This document shows, in pieces, positions 10,956-23,311 of a DNA stretch of 64,000 bases (positions are counted from its first letter, which is position 1; every line of letters begins with the position of its first letter). A model generated the notes under the pieces. The model had not been told where the DNA came from, did not search any database, and saw only the letters and a list, made by a program, of their open reading frames with translations. Source of the stretch: Squalus acanthias (taxonomy: Eukaryota). The position numbers and the translations under genes are program-made. Location of the stretch: NCBI GenBank assembly GCA_030390025.1, contig CM059432.1, positions 41,232,001-41,296,000 of the forward strand, in the 5' to 3' direction.

Positions 10956-12972
10956 GTATTTGTTTTGTTTGAAGTGCACATGGGCGTTCACTCCCTAAGA
11001 GCCAGTAATAAATATGTAAGACACGTTTGTAAGAAAATCATGTTGTGATGTGTTTGGCTACACCTAAAGAATTTGCTTGGCCAAGAATGGTTTTGAAATC
11101 CACTTAACAAGATCTGCAAGCAATGTGACCCAGAAATGGAAATCTCGGGAGAGCTGCCTTTTAAAGCTGCAATGTCCCAGAAAATATATTTTATGCTTTT
11201 TCAGTTAATAATTTTAATACTATCTTTACTAACCACACACAAAAATATTTTATAGTAAGATAAGTGGTGTGAGATGCAGGTTTGATTTTCTCCCCTCCCC
11301 CTTCCCCGAAGCAGCCATGTTACTATTTTGAGGCACAAAGCAGAAACCAGGCATTAACAAAAGGATGTAAGAGAGAAAGCCACCCCCAGGCGATCAGTTC
11401 AGAAGGACATTGGTGGAGGCCTGGGAGCACATTGTCAATCTTTTTGTGAGACCAGAGAGGAGAGGGGGAAAGAAAGATGGCAAATACTTATATTAAAAGG
11501 TGTGTGCATAGTCAGAGTTCTGTACTAGTGAGTAACTAGAAGTTAGCTATAAGCCAGGGGGTTAAAAGGGAATTCAGTCCTCTGCTCACCAAAAGTCATA
11601 CTTGAAATGTGATCTGTTTAAATTTTTTTGTTTGTGCCTGGGGAGATCAAGACCATGAACTGTGTATTTGACCTTTGCCCTGAAGTGCTAGTTCTGGCTT
11701 AGTTACTGGGAGAAGCTAGCAGTGCAGAGTGAAGGTCAGAGGCTTAAGTAAATAAAATACACAATTTCAGAGCTTGGTATGAGCTCTGAAAATGTAAAAA
11801 TAAATTAATTGCATTTCATAATAATGTTAACAATATGCTTCCTTATAACCCTCTCAAATATATGCTGACCTAGACACATTGTTTATGTCTCCTTCACTTA
11901 TAGAGAGCCCATTTAATCACTCTCTTCACTCCATCACATTTTTTTATATGTTCTCAAAGAAGCATTGTAAATTGAATAGGAAAATGTACTTGTGGAGCAC
12001 TCTTGCCTAGAGAGGTTACATATTTTGAAGTAAACCCTTGTTATTAAGATTGAATGTTTAGTCCATTGGGCTACTCAGTGTTTTTCTTCCATGTCCTGTA
12101 GTTACTTTTGGAAGTCTGCTGGGACTTTGGTAGTATTTTTTAAAGCAGTCCATTAATCATCTCCATATAAAGACATCTGTCCCACTAACCACAATTACAC
12201 AGGGGAGCCAGGGAGTCCCATGGGCTAAACAATGCATTACATTAGGAACCTCAGCAGTGCAAGTTACTTTAAGCTTTGTAGGAGTCCTTAGGAAACTAAA
12301 CTGGATACATTTCCTCCACAATATACATCAAAATAGCTGATCTCTTAGTATTATGCTTGCTCTTTACTTCTCTCGCATGCTCACATTTTTACACACACAG
12401 ATTGAGAACCATCACATCTTTTCCCACTTAAATCAGATTAGAAGATTTTATTTTAAATTAAGCAAGCAGAATACATGAATAACATTCACAGTTCTGCATT
12501 GTATATTTGTGCCTTAAATGTGAATGATGCAATATGTAATGAAATTAATGTCTCAGTGATCCGGAATTGCATACAGTTCTGGATGAAAATGAGAGCCAGT
12601 GATGTTGATTATTGGAATCTTGTACTGAATTCATCTTTAATATAGATTCAAAAAAAGTAATGTGTTTTATCATGTACCAGACATAGTCCTTATAAGTGGA
12701 GAACAATTCATGTTTGTATTGTGGGTTTATTCTTTTTTAAGTTAGTTGTCTCATATTTAAGTAGACACCCAACTGTTTTGGGCGGGAGTACAGTTTGCCT
12801 GTTTCTCAGCCTGGCCAAAATTGTGGCGGGAACGGTGCAATAACTTGATATTCCTGGTTATAACATTTTCAGGAGAAATGGGAAGGAATAAAAGGGCTGT
12901 GTGGCAGTTGTAGTAAAGGATTCTATTACTGTGCTAGAATGTAAAGTTGTTCCAGGGGTTGCACTAAGACAA

Positions 12973-13337
12973 TACATAAGAAATAGGAGCAGGAGTAGGC
13001 CATTTGGCCCTTCGAGCCTGTTCCGCCATTCAATAAGATCATGGCTGAGCTTCTACCTCATCTCCACTTTCCTGCACTATCCCCATATCCCTTGATTCCC
13101 TTAATATCCAAAAATCTATCGATCTCTGTCTTGAATATACTCAACGACTGAGCCTGCACAGCCCTTTGGGGTAGAGAATTCCAAAGATTCACCACCCTCT
13201 GAGTGAAGAGATTTCTCCTCATCTCAGTCCTAAATGGCTGACCCCTTATTCTGAAACTGACCCCTGGTTCTAGACTCCCAGCCAGGGGAAACATCCTCCC
13301 TGCATCTACCCTGTCAAGCCCTGTAAGAATTTTGTAT
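12973..13337 (-). mobile_element. CR1 LINE 3' fragment
   Basis: ORF 13058-13294(-) FRTEMRRNLFTQRVVNLWNSLP; CR1 3' UTR. Confidence 0.88.
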
Positions 13338-13993
13338 ACAGATGGATAGAGTTAAGGAATGGCACAGGAAATGGTTCAATTCTCAGAATTTGTGAAAATG
13401 AGAAAGAGAGGAGATTTGCTGACAGTTCAGAGATGTATCAAAATAGTAGGGTGATAATATTGGTTATTTTAACTATCCCTAGTTGGACTGGAATAAAGGT
13501 AATGTGTATGGTCAAAGTGAGAAATGTTTTTACAATGCATCCAAGACTGCTCCCTAGATCAGTCTGTTTCTAGTCCCAACAAGGAAAGGAGCACTGATTG
13601 ACTGAGTTCTGGGAAATGAAGTGGGGCAAGTTAATGATGGGAGTTGATAAATCAGACTTATCCACATGAAATTGCATCTGCCACCTATCTGCCCAATCTG
13701 CTAACATGTTCATGTCTTGCTGAGTTTTTTGCAATCCACCTTGCTGTTTGCCAAATCTCTACTTTTGTGCCTAGCACATTTTGATATTGTGATCTCTATG
13801 GCCAAGTCCAATCTCGAGAACGAAAGTAGACTCAGCACTGACCTGAGGTACACACGTCTAACCCTTCTCCAATCCGAGTATTATTCATTAGCCCGAACCC
13901 ATTGCTTCTTGTCAGTTAACCAATTTTCTATTCATGCTGTTACATTTTCTCTTGTACCATATGCCTGAATTTTTGCCACAAACCTCCTACAAG

Positions 13994-14105
13994 CAATGTT
14001 CCTGTTTAGCCGCGCGGCTGTGCAGCCAGCTGAAGCTCCTGTGCAGGCCGCATGCTGGTTTCTCAATGGAAAAACCACGCAAGCGTGGATGTTTGAATGG
14101 GCCAC

Positions 14106-14136
<31 letters not shown>

Positions 14137-14152
14137 ATTAGAGGGAACATTG
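13994..14152. mobile_element. hAT-type MITE (159 bp)
   Basis: Ends CAATGTTCC... / TTAGAGGGAACATTG; 8-bp flanks CCTACAAG / CCTATGAG. Confidence 0.85.
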
Positions 14153-14289
14153 CCTATGAGGCACCTATCGAATGCCATCTGAAAATCCATATAAACCACA
14201 CTTTCTGCATTCCCTTTATTTATTCAATTAGCCACTTCTTCGAAAGACTCTCTTTACTTTGTCAAACATGACTTGCCTTCAAAACTTTG

Positions 14290-17268
14290 ACAAGATGTAG
14301 AATCGGTTTGGGTGGAGATAAAAAATAATATGGGGAAATAGTCTCTGGTGGGCGTAGTCTACAGGCCCCCGAGCAGTAGCAATGCTGTTGGACAGAGTAT
14401 AAATCAACGAATAATGGAGGCCTGTAAAAAAGGTACGGTAATAATCATGGGTGATTTTAATCTCCATATTGATTGTACAAATCAAATTGGCCATGGTAGC
14501 CTGGAGGAGGAGTTCATAGAGTGCATCCGGGATGTTTTCCTAGCAAAGTATGTAATGGAACCAACCAGGGAGCAGGCTATCTTGGATCTGGTACTATGTA
14601 ATGAGACAGAATTAATAAATGACCTCATAGTAAAGGATCCTCTAGGAAAGAGTGATCATAGCATGGTTGAATTTCAAATTCAGTTGGAGGGTGAGAAAGT
14701 TGTATCCCAAACCAGTGTCCTGATCTTAAACAAAGGCAATTATAATGGCATGAGGCAGAACTGGCTAAAGTGGACTGGAAAAATAAATTAAAGGGCAAGA
14801 AAGTTGAAATGCAGTGGCGGACATTTAAGGAGATATTTCATAACTCTCAACAAAAATATATTCCAGTGAGAAAGAGAGATTTTAAGAGAAGGGAGCACCA
14901 TCCGTGGCTAACTAAGGAAGTAAAGGATGGTATCAAATTGAAAACGAAGGCATACAATGTTGCCAAGATTGGTGGGAGACCAGAGGATTGGGAAAATTTT
15001 TTAAACCAGCAAAGGATGACTAAAAAAATAATAAAGAGAGAGATGATGAATTATGAGAGTAAGCTGGCAAGAAACATTAAAACAGATAGTAAGAGCTTCT
15101 ACAGGTATATAAAAAGGAAGAGGGTAGCTAAAGTAAACGTTGGTCCCTTAGAGGATGAGACTGGGGAATTAATAATGGGGAACGGGGAAATGGCAGAGAC
15201 ACTGAACAAATATTTTGCATCTGTCTTCACTGTAGAAGACACTAACAATATCCCAATAATGGATAATCAAGGGGCCACAGGGAGTGGGGAACTAAAGACA
15301 ATCACTATCACTAAGGAAATAGTACTCGGTAAAATAATGGGACTAAAAGACGATAAGTCCCCTGGACCAGATGGCCTGCATCCCAGGGTCTTAAAAGAAG
15401 TGGCTGCAGAGATAGTGGATGCATTGGTTGCAATATACCAAAATTCCCTGGACTCCGGAGAGGTCCCAGTGGATTGGAAAACCGCAAATGTAACACCCCT
15501 ATTTAAGAAAGGAGGGAGACAGAAAGCAGGAAACTATAGACCAGTTAGCCTAACATCTGTCGTTGGGAAAATGCTGGAGTCCTTCATTAAGGAAGCAGTA
15601 GCAGGGCATTTAGAAAAACATACTGCAGTCAAGCAGAGTCAGCATGGTTTTATAGAAACATAGAAACTAGGAGCAGGAGTAGGCCATTCGGCCCGTCGAG
15701 CCTGCTCCACCATTCAATACGATCATGGCTGATCATCCAAATCCAGTACCCTGTCCCTGCTTTTTCCCACACAGAATCCCCATCGAGCCTGCACCGACAC
15801 GTATCTCACCCTATCCCCGTAACCCCACGTATTTAATTCCCCCTAACATATCCCATCCTATCCCCGTAACCCCACATATTTAATCCCCCCCCTAACACTA
15901 AGGGTCAATTTATCATAGCCAAATCAACCTAACCCGCACATTTTTGGACTGTGGGAGGAAACCGGAGCACCCGGAGGAAACCCACGCAGACACGGGGAGA
16001 ATGTGCAAACTCCACACAGACAGGAAAATCATGTTTAACAAATTTGCTGGAGTTCTTTGAGGATGTAATGAGCAGGGTGGACAAAGGTGAGCCAGTGGAT
16101 GTGGTGTATTTGGATTTCCAGAAGGCATTCGATAAGGTGCCACATAAAAGGTTACTGCATAAGATAAGAGCTCACGGAGTTGGGGGTAATATATTAGCAT
16201 GGATAGAGAATTGGCTAACTAACAGAAAGCAGAGAGTCGGGATAAATGGGTCATTTTCTGGTTGGCAAACGGTAACTAGTGGGGTGCCACAAGGATTGGT
16301 GCTGGGGCCCCAACTATTTACAATCTACATTAATGACTTGGATGAAGGGATCGAGTGTAATGTAGCCAAGTTTGCGGATGATACAAAGATGGGTGGGAAA
16401 ACAAGTTGTGCAGAGGACTCGAGGAATCTGCAAAGGGATATAGACAGGCTAGGTGAGTGGGCAAACATTTGGCAGATGGAGTATAATGTGGGAAAGTGCG
16501 AGGAAAAATAAAAAAGCAAACTATTATTTAAATGGAGAGAGATTACAAAATGCTACAGTTCAGAGGGACCTGGGGGTCCTTGTGCATGCAACACAAAAAG
16601 TTAGCATGCAGTTACAGCAAGTAATCAAAAAGGCAAATGGAATGTTGGCCTTTATTTCAAGGGGGTTGGAGTATAAAAGTAGGGAAGTCCTGCTACAACT
16701 GTACAAGGTATTGGTGAGACCACACCTTGAGTACTGCGTACAGTTTTGGTCTCCTTATTTGGAGGCAGTTCAGAGACAATTCACTAGGTTAATTCCAGAG
16801 ATGAGGGGGTTTGACTTATGAGGAAAGGTTGAGCAGGCTGGGCCTATACTCATTGGAATTTAGAAGAATGAGAGGTGATCTTATCGAAACATATAAGATA
16901 CTGAGGGGGCTCGACAGGGTAGATGCAGAGAGGATGTTTCCCCTCATGGGGAAATCTAGAACTCGGGGGCACAGTCTCAGAATAAAGGGTCGCCCTTTTA
17001 GAACCGAGATGAGGAGGAACTTCTTCTCTCAGAGGGTCGTAAATCTGTGGAATTCTCTGCCCCAGAGAGCTGTGGAGGCTGGGTCATTAAATACATTTAA
17101 AGTGGAGATAGACAAATTTTTGCAAGGTAAGGGAGTGAAGGGTTCTGGGGAGCGGGCTGGGAAGTGGCTTTGAGCCCTAGATCAGCCATGATCTTATTGA
17201 ATGGTGGAGCAGGCTCAAGGGGCCAAGTGGCCTATTCCTGCTCCTATTTCTTATGTTCTTATGTTCTT
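14290..17268 (+). mobile_element. CR1 LINE, 5'-truncated ORF2 (APE C-terminus plus RT), frameshifted and interrupted by a SINE
   Basis: GDFN, SDH, KSPGPDGLHPRVLKE, YLDFQKAFDKVPH, GVPQGLVLGP and KFADDTK motifs; (TTCTTATG)n tail. Confidence 0.95.
15652..16022 (-). mobile_element. V-SINE/HE1-like SINE with CR1-derived tail, 5'-truncated, nested in CR1
   Basis: V-domain-like core gggaggaaaccggagcacccggaggaaacccacgcagacacggggagaa; the uninterrupted CR1 junction is visible at 42421-42450. Confidence 0.8.
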
Positions 17269-17325
17269 GACCATCCCATGCATCTCTAAATGCTCACTAA
17301 CTTTTATCTCAAATTATGGATTCTA

Positions 17326-18028
17326 AGGGGGGAATTTTAACATGGGTGAGCATGTGGGATTGAGTGCGGGTGGGGGGTTAAATCGGGAAAAATTCCAAGC
17401 GTGTCAGGAAGCTGACTCCAACCCGACGACTTCCGGGTTTTACGGAGGCGGGACAAGGGGCGGGCTGCCAACCTGCTCCCAGGAGGCAGGTTGGCATTTT
17501 AAATATGTTAATGAGGCTGGCAGGCTCTGATTTAACCTGCTTTGCAGGTTTTACTGTGGGCGGCCGGGTTTCCCTGGCCTCGGGAAACCTGGCGGCTGAA
17601 GCAAGGAGAGGACAGCTTCGAGGAGAAGGTAAGTGCCTTTACAGCACTGCTTGTGGGCCAGGAGGAGTAGGTGTGCTTCCCCTTCCCGGCTCCCAAGCTC
17701 CCCCGCTCAATCTGATCCCGCCCCCATATAGAGGCCCCCAAGGTTGGGGATCGGACCCCCTTTCCTCAGGGATCGGATTCCACACCCCCCTCCCCCGGGT
17801 CAGGGATCGGACCCCCCGGTACCTGGTCTTGCGGCCTGTTCCAGAGTCCTCCTCGCCCGACTGGAAGCCAAGCCTGCTAATCAGGCTGACTTCTGGGCGG
17901 GGAACCTGTCAGGGCCAAAAGACGCACCCTGTGGAGTTAAAACTCCACGGCATGCGGGGAAACCCAGGCTTCCGGGTTTCCCGTCCGAAACCCCGCAACC
18001 TCCCCACGCACCTAAGTAATTTGCCCCT
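17326..18028. mobile_element. Harbinger-type MITE (~700 bp, GC-rich)
   Basis: Ends AGGGGGGAATTTT / rc AGGGGCAAATTAC; sharp GC transition; TSD imperfect. Confidence 0.68.
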
Positions 18029-18549
18029 GTATTTATCCAAGCCTTAGAGTTTTCCCAAGGAAAGAATCGGCACAGACACACTGGGCCAAACGACCACCTC
18101 CTCTGCTGGAAGCTTCTGTGTTAGAGCTGAGCAAGAAGAAGGTGCCAAATTTGATCATCTGTTTATACTGAGTACTGTGCACGTGTGTGGACATCAAGTG
18201 TGACAGCATCACACTCAAATGCAATGCCCCCATAACGGAATAGACTGTTAGCGCTCACTTTCTAAGCTCACAAATGAAGAATAATTTGTTAGGTGAGGTA
18301 CAGATTGTAGCTGATTCCATTGACCTTTACTCCAACATGACTCAGGAGAGGAAGGGAGAAACTTTATTTTTAAAAAGCTACAGAGGAACAGCTTTAGAGT
18401 ATTATTTATCGTCAAAATTCATTGTAAAAGAAGCTTTGATGCTTCCGCAGCTGGTTGAATGATTACAACTATATCAGGACGATTGAAAAATATCATTATA
18501 AAAGGGAGGTTAATTTTCAGAGGTTACTGTATCATCAATTTAAATACAA

Positions 18550-18683
18550 GAGGTAATTTTCCGAATTTGTGCTTTGCATTTAAATTAATAGTTGGAAAAT
18601 AATGTGTAGCATATGCCCGAATTTCTGATATGCACTCCCAGCAGGTGAGGCTCCCCGTTAGGCCACAGTCGGAAAATTACCCC
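18550..18683. mobile_element. Short MITE
   Basis: TIRs GAGGTAATTTTCCGA / rc GGGGTAATTTTCCGA (14 of 15 match). Confidence 0.7.
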
Positions 18684-18849
18684 GTACTGTTCTAAGGGGA
18701 GTGGAAAACTACAACTTGGGATCACATACCATTTTTATGAATTCTTCTGTGAAATATCAATGCACTGTAAATGAATGAAAACCAGCTCAGTTTGTAACTG
18801 AAAGTTTGTAACAATGAGGTAAATTGTTTCTGTCTCTTTATTGTCTTAG

Positions 18850-19034
18850 GGAAAGGAGAATCATTCCACAAAACCAGATTTTGACCATCAGTGTGAAATC
18901 AGCCCTTACAATGATCTGACTGGCATATTTCCAATGTGCTACGAACCAGACACATTTACTGCAAAGGATTCGGGGAAGCTACAAGTACTGATAGATCTTT
19001 TAGCAGGCATTCATGCACAGAGTTCAGCTGAAAG
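18850..19034 (+). CDS. RAD54B: RAD54B coding exon (GKENHS...DSGKLQVLIDLLAGIH)
   Basis: tcttag acceptor, GTAGGG donor; 185 nt, phase 0 to 2; contains the SGKL motif; not in the ORF track. Confidence 0.93.
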
Positions 19035-19279
19035 GTAGGGAAGAAAACTTCTACATTTGAATTGATTGTAGCTATGAAAACATTTGTGCAGAGTGGTTTC
19101 CAAATTAGCGCTCACTGATCAGTCATACTGGACCAGGGTTTGCTACTTTTCTTTTTAAAACAAGTTTATTTTCCTTCGCTCCTTGACCAAAGTATATAAC
19201 TGTTAAAAATCATTGCTTTGAAAATATTTTATGGCTTGCCACAAAATAAGTATAGCATGATTGCTGACTGATAGTTAAC

Positions 19280-20600
19280 AGAATAGAATTTTACAGCACA
19301 GAAGTAGGCCATTCAACTCATTGTGCTTGTGTCAGCTCTCTGAAAGAGCTAACCTTTAGTTCTATTCTCCTGCCCTTTCCCCAATCCATTTAAATATATT
19401 TTTTGTTGAAGCCATTATGAATTCTGTTTCCACCACTGTTTCTGGTTGAGCATTCCATGTCATAACAGTTAAAAATTCTCCTAAATTCTTCCTTCATTCA
19501 TTTGGTGATAATCTCAAATTTAAGCCCTCTAGTTACCAACTTACTGAGCAGTGTAAATAGTTTTTTTCCAATTTACAGCAAAAACCCTCACAATTTTGAA
19601 CACCTTTATCAACACTCCTCCAAAGAGCCCCAATTTCTCTAGTGTCTCCATATAACAAAAGCCTCTCATCCTTAGTCTTGTTTTAGAAAATCTCTTCTTG
19701 ACATCCTTCCTAGTTACAGTGGATAGACTGGAGAAGCTGGGGTTGTTCTCCTTGGAGCAGAGAAGGCTAAGAGGAAATTTGATAGAGGTGTTTTAAACCA
19801 TGAAGGATCTAGATAGAGTAAATATAGAAAAACTATTTCCAATGGCTGAAGGGTCGATAACCAGAGGGCACAGATTTTAAGGTGATTGGCAAAAGAACCA
19901 GAGGCGACATGAGGAAAAACTTTTTTATGTAACGAGTGGTTAGGATTTGGAATGCACTACCTGATAGGGTGGTGGATACAGATTCAATACTAGCCTTCAA
20001 AAGGGAATTGGATAAATACTTGAAGGAGAAACAATTGCAGGGATATGGGGAAAGAGCGGGGGAGTGGGACTAACTGGACTGCTCTTTGAAAGAGCCAGTG
20101 CAGACTCGATGGGCCGAATGGCCTGCTTCTGTGCTGTACTATTCTATGATTCTATTCTATGATTCTAAAGTAGGGTGTCCAAAACTGGACATAATGGGGT
20201 ACAATTTCTGTGGGGGTTCCCTGACTGTCCACTGTAACTTTGGCAGAAGATGGGCAGAAACCCCGGAGAAAAGGTACATGATCGGGAGAACCCTTTCAGA
20301 AATTCCAGATAAATATTCTAATTGCAACTTAATTAATGATTTGTAAAGGTTTAACATTACCTCTTTGCTTTTGTATTCTATGCCCCTATTTCTAAAATCT
20401 AGTAGCCAATATGTTTTTTAACAGCTTTAAGTATGACATTTGTGTATCTGAATCATTAAGGCTCACTGCCCTTCTATTCCTTTAACACTTTACCACTTCT
20501 TATATACTTCCCTTTCCAAAATGTATCACCTCATATTTCTCTGCATCAAACTTCATTCAACATCTATCTGCCCAATCTATTAATCTGGCTATGTCCTCCG
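19280..20600 (-). mobile_element. Old CR1 fragment carrying a nested + strand CR1 (19715-20166) and a short MITE (20196-20311)
   Basis: catccttcct|...|aaagtagggtgtcc continuity matches the intact copy at 24690-24720; the MITE has an AAT TSD and GGGGTACAATTTCTG / CAGAAATT ends. Confidence 0.8.
19715..20166 (+). mobile_element. CR1 LINE 3' fragment (same subfamily as 24224-25095)
   Basis: CR1 ORF2 end, 3' UTR and attctatgattctattctatgattct tail. Confidence 0.88.
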
Positions 20601-20665
20601 GAAGTTGCTTACACCTGACCCCTGGGAACAGCACTGTTTATATCCCTCTGGTCTGAAAACTACTA

Positions 20666-21481
20666 CAACAACTTGTATTTATATAGCACCTTTAATGCAG
20701 TAAAACATCCCAAGGCGCTGCACAGGAGCGTTCTGAAACAAAATTTGACACTGAGCCACATAAGGCGAAATTAGGGCAGATGGAGGTAGGTTTTAAGGAG
20801 CGTCTTAAAGGAGGAAAGAGGTGGAGCGGTTTGGGGAGGGAATTCTAGAGCTTTACGACCTTGGCAGTTGAAGGCACAGCCACCAATGGTTGAGCGATTA
20901 AAATCAGGGATGTTCAAGAGGCCAGAATTGGAGGAGCACAGATATCTCGGGGTGGGGTTGTGGGGCTGGAGGAGATTACAGAGATATCTTCCACCCAACA
21001 TAAACTTGTGCTCAGCCAAAACTCTGCTGCCCATATTTTAACTCGTACCACGTCTCATTCACCCATCACCCCTGTGCTTGCACCTACACTGGCTCTTGGT
21101 CCGACACTATTTTAAAATCCTCATCATTGTTTTCAAATCCCCCCCCCTCTCTGTAACCTCCTCCAGCCCTACAAGCCTTCGAGATCTCTGCGCTCCTCCA
21201 ATTCTGGCATCTTGTGCATCCCCGATTTTAATCACGCCACCATTGGCAGCCGTGCTTTCAGCTGCCTTGGCCCTGAGCTCTGGGATTCCCTCTCTAAACC
21301 TCTCTACCTCTTTCCCCTCATATAAGATGCTCCTTAAACCCTACCTCTTTGACCAAGCTTTTGGACATCGGTCCTGATATCTCCTTCTGTGGCTCGGTGT
21401 CTAAATTGTTTTTATTGATAAGCGCCGTGGGACGTTTTGCTATGTTAAAGGAACTAAATAAATGGAGGAAGTTGTTGTTGT
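20666..21481. mobile_element. Two adjacent L2 3' fragments in opposite orientation (20666-20985 on -, 20990-21481 on +)
   Basis: caacaac tail on the left and gttgttgttg tail on the right; both similar to 28900-29372. Confidence 0.82.
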
Positions 21482-21680
21482 AGGAGCTATAATGAAATGA
21501 TTTACTGATTGAAATGTATACAAGACAATAATTTGATATTACATATATAAGAAAATAATTGGAAACAAAATATGCAATGAATTTAAGCTATAGGAAAACT
21601 GGCCACAAGAGGGAGCTGAGTAGACATGCATAGCAGAATAATGATTGTCGGTACCAGTGTAGATTCAGCTTCCACACAAT

Positions 21681-22441
21681 GGCCCGAAAATTAGACCTAA
21701 TGCGGGAGAGTACGCACTGTGTACTCTCGCGTATTAGGTCCCTGAAGTGCCGGTTTCCTGCATACACTGCGCATGCGCGGGAAACCGGCACTTCGTGTAT
21801 GGCAAAGGGGGCGGTTCCTAAGTGAACCGCGTGCGCGCTACAGGTTGCGCGCACGCAGTACACTTAGTTTTTTTTTCAGGTTTGAACGCGCAGGTAAGTG
21901 TTGAAGATTTTACACATAAAGAAAGTAGGCGTAAGACCCCCTTTTAACAAGGTAAGTAGTTAATTAAGTATTTTAAATTTTTTTCAACAGGTTTATCTTT
22001 TTTAGAGACTTTAAAGAAAGGTAAGTTTATTTTTATAACTTTTAAAAAGAATTTAAATTTTTTCAAAAATTTTAATTTTTGTTTAAAGTGGTTAATTTAT
22101 TTAACTATAGTTATTTTATTAATGTGATGGCTTTTTTTTAAATTTAATTGAGGTTTAGCTGTTCTTTTGGGGGCTTGTTGTATTCATAGTTTTGACAGCT
22201 CTTGCTGTCAAAACTATGAATGAAAGATGGTGTGCTGCCATTGGCTCTAACTGGCCCACGTGATCCCAGAGGTCGCATCGCACTAACTGCGCCTCTGGGA
22301 CACGCACACTGCGCGCCGGCACCAGGGAGAGGCCCAGGAACTGAAGTTCGTGTGGGCCAAAACCATAAAGGTAGGCGCGGAGTGCGATATCGCGGGGGAT
22401 CCTTACCCCCGCGGCAACCATCGAACTCCAATTTCTGGGCC
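21681..22441. mobile_element. Harbinger-type MITE
   Basis: TIRs GGCCCGAAAATT / rc GGCCCAGAAATT; AAT TSD at 21678-21680 and 22442-22444; related to 60804-61528. Confidence 0.88.
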
Positions 22442-22686
22442 AATGTCAGCTTACAAACCCCTCCAACCAATTTAACCTCTCCACAAAATTCATTGTTTAA
22501 ATAAAAATTAATGGAAAAATAGAAATAAATAAAGGAATGCAAAATTGAATGGCTCATTATTGCTAGTTTATAAATAAATATAGTCACAGTGATACTACAC
22601 CCACTATAAAATCAAGTCATGTTTACGATAATTTTGCTGTCTCAAACTGAAATTGGTTTTAGATCCACTATATTTATAAATGTCAT

Positions 22687-22878
22687 GAGGTAAATCTTAC
22701 AAATTTGCATTCTCGGCTTGTAATTTCATGTGTCCAGAGTGCACATCAGGAATTCAGACACAACAGCCAGTGGGCCCTGCAAGATTTTTCATCCATTAAT
22801 ATTGATGGATGGAGAATCCTGCGGAGCCTGCTGACTTCCAGCCCTACACCGGGAGTGCAAATGTGTAAAATTCACCCT
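22687..22878. mobile_element. Short Harbinger-type MITE
   Basis: ~30-bp imperfect TIRs (about 23 of 30 match) and a CAT TSD. Confidence 0.72.
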
Positions 22879-23049
22879 CATGGCTTTTTGGTTAAAAATT
22901 CCTAATTCAGGATACTGTTTTCTCTCAAAAAGTTGCACTTGTTGTATGTACAAGATACTGGTACAGACTCTTGAGTGTGTTTATACAAGAAAAACAACCA
23001 CCCAGCACACCATTTGTACAGGTGTATATTTTAATTTTCTCTATTGCAG

Positions 23050-23311
23050 AGTTGTGCTGATTTCAAATTATACTCAGACATTAGACATCTTGCAAGAAAT
23101 GTGTAAGTGCTTTGGGTATAGCTATACCCGACTGGATGGACGAACACCCGTCAGCCATCGACAGCAAATTGTGGATTCATTTAATAGCAAACACAGCCAG
23201 TGTTTCATCTTCCTGCTCAGCTCAAAGGCTGGTGGAGTTGGATTAAATCTGATTGGAGCGTCCCGCTTGGTTCTGTATGACGTCGACTGGAATCCAGCAA
23301 ATGACATTCAG
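23050..23311 (+). CDS. RAD54B: RAD54B coding exon ([12 protein letters not shown]...RLDG...[13 protein letters not shown]...[11 protein letters not shown]; helicase-C motifs IV-V)
   Basis: ttgcag acceptor, GTATAT donor; 262 nt, phase 2 to 0. Confidence 0.97.
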
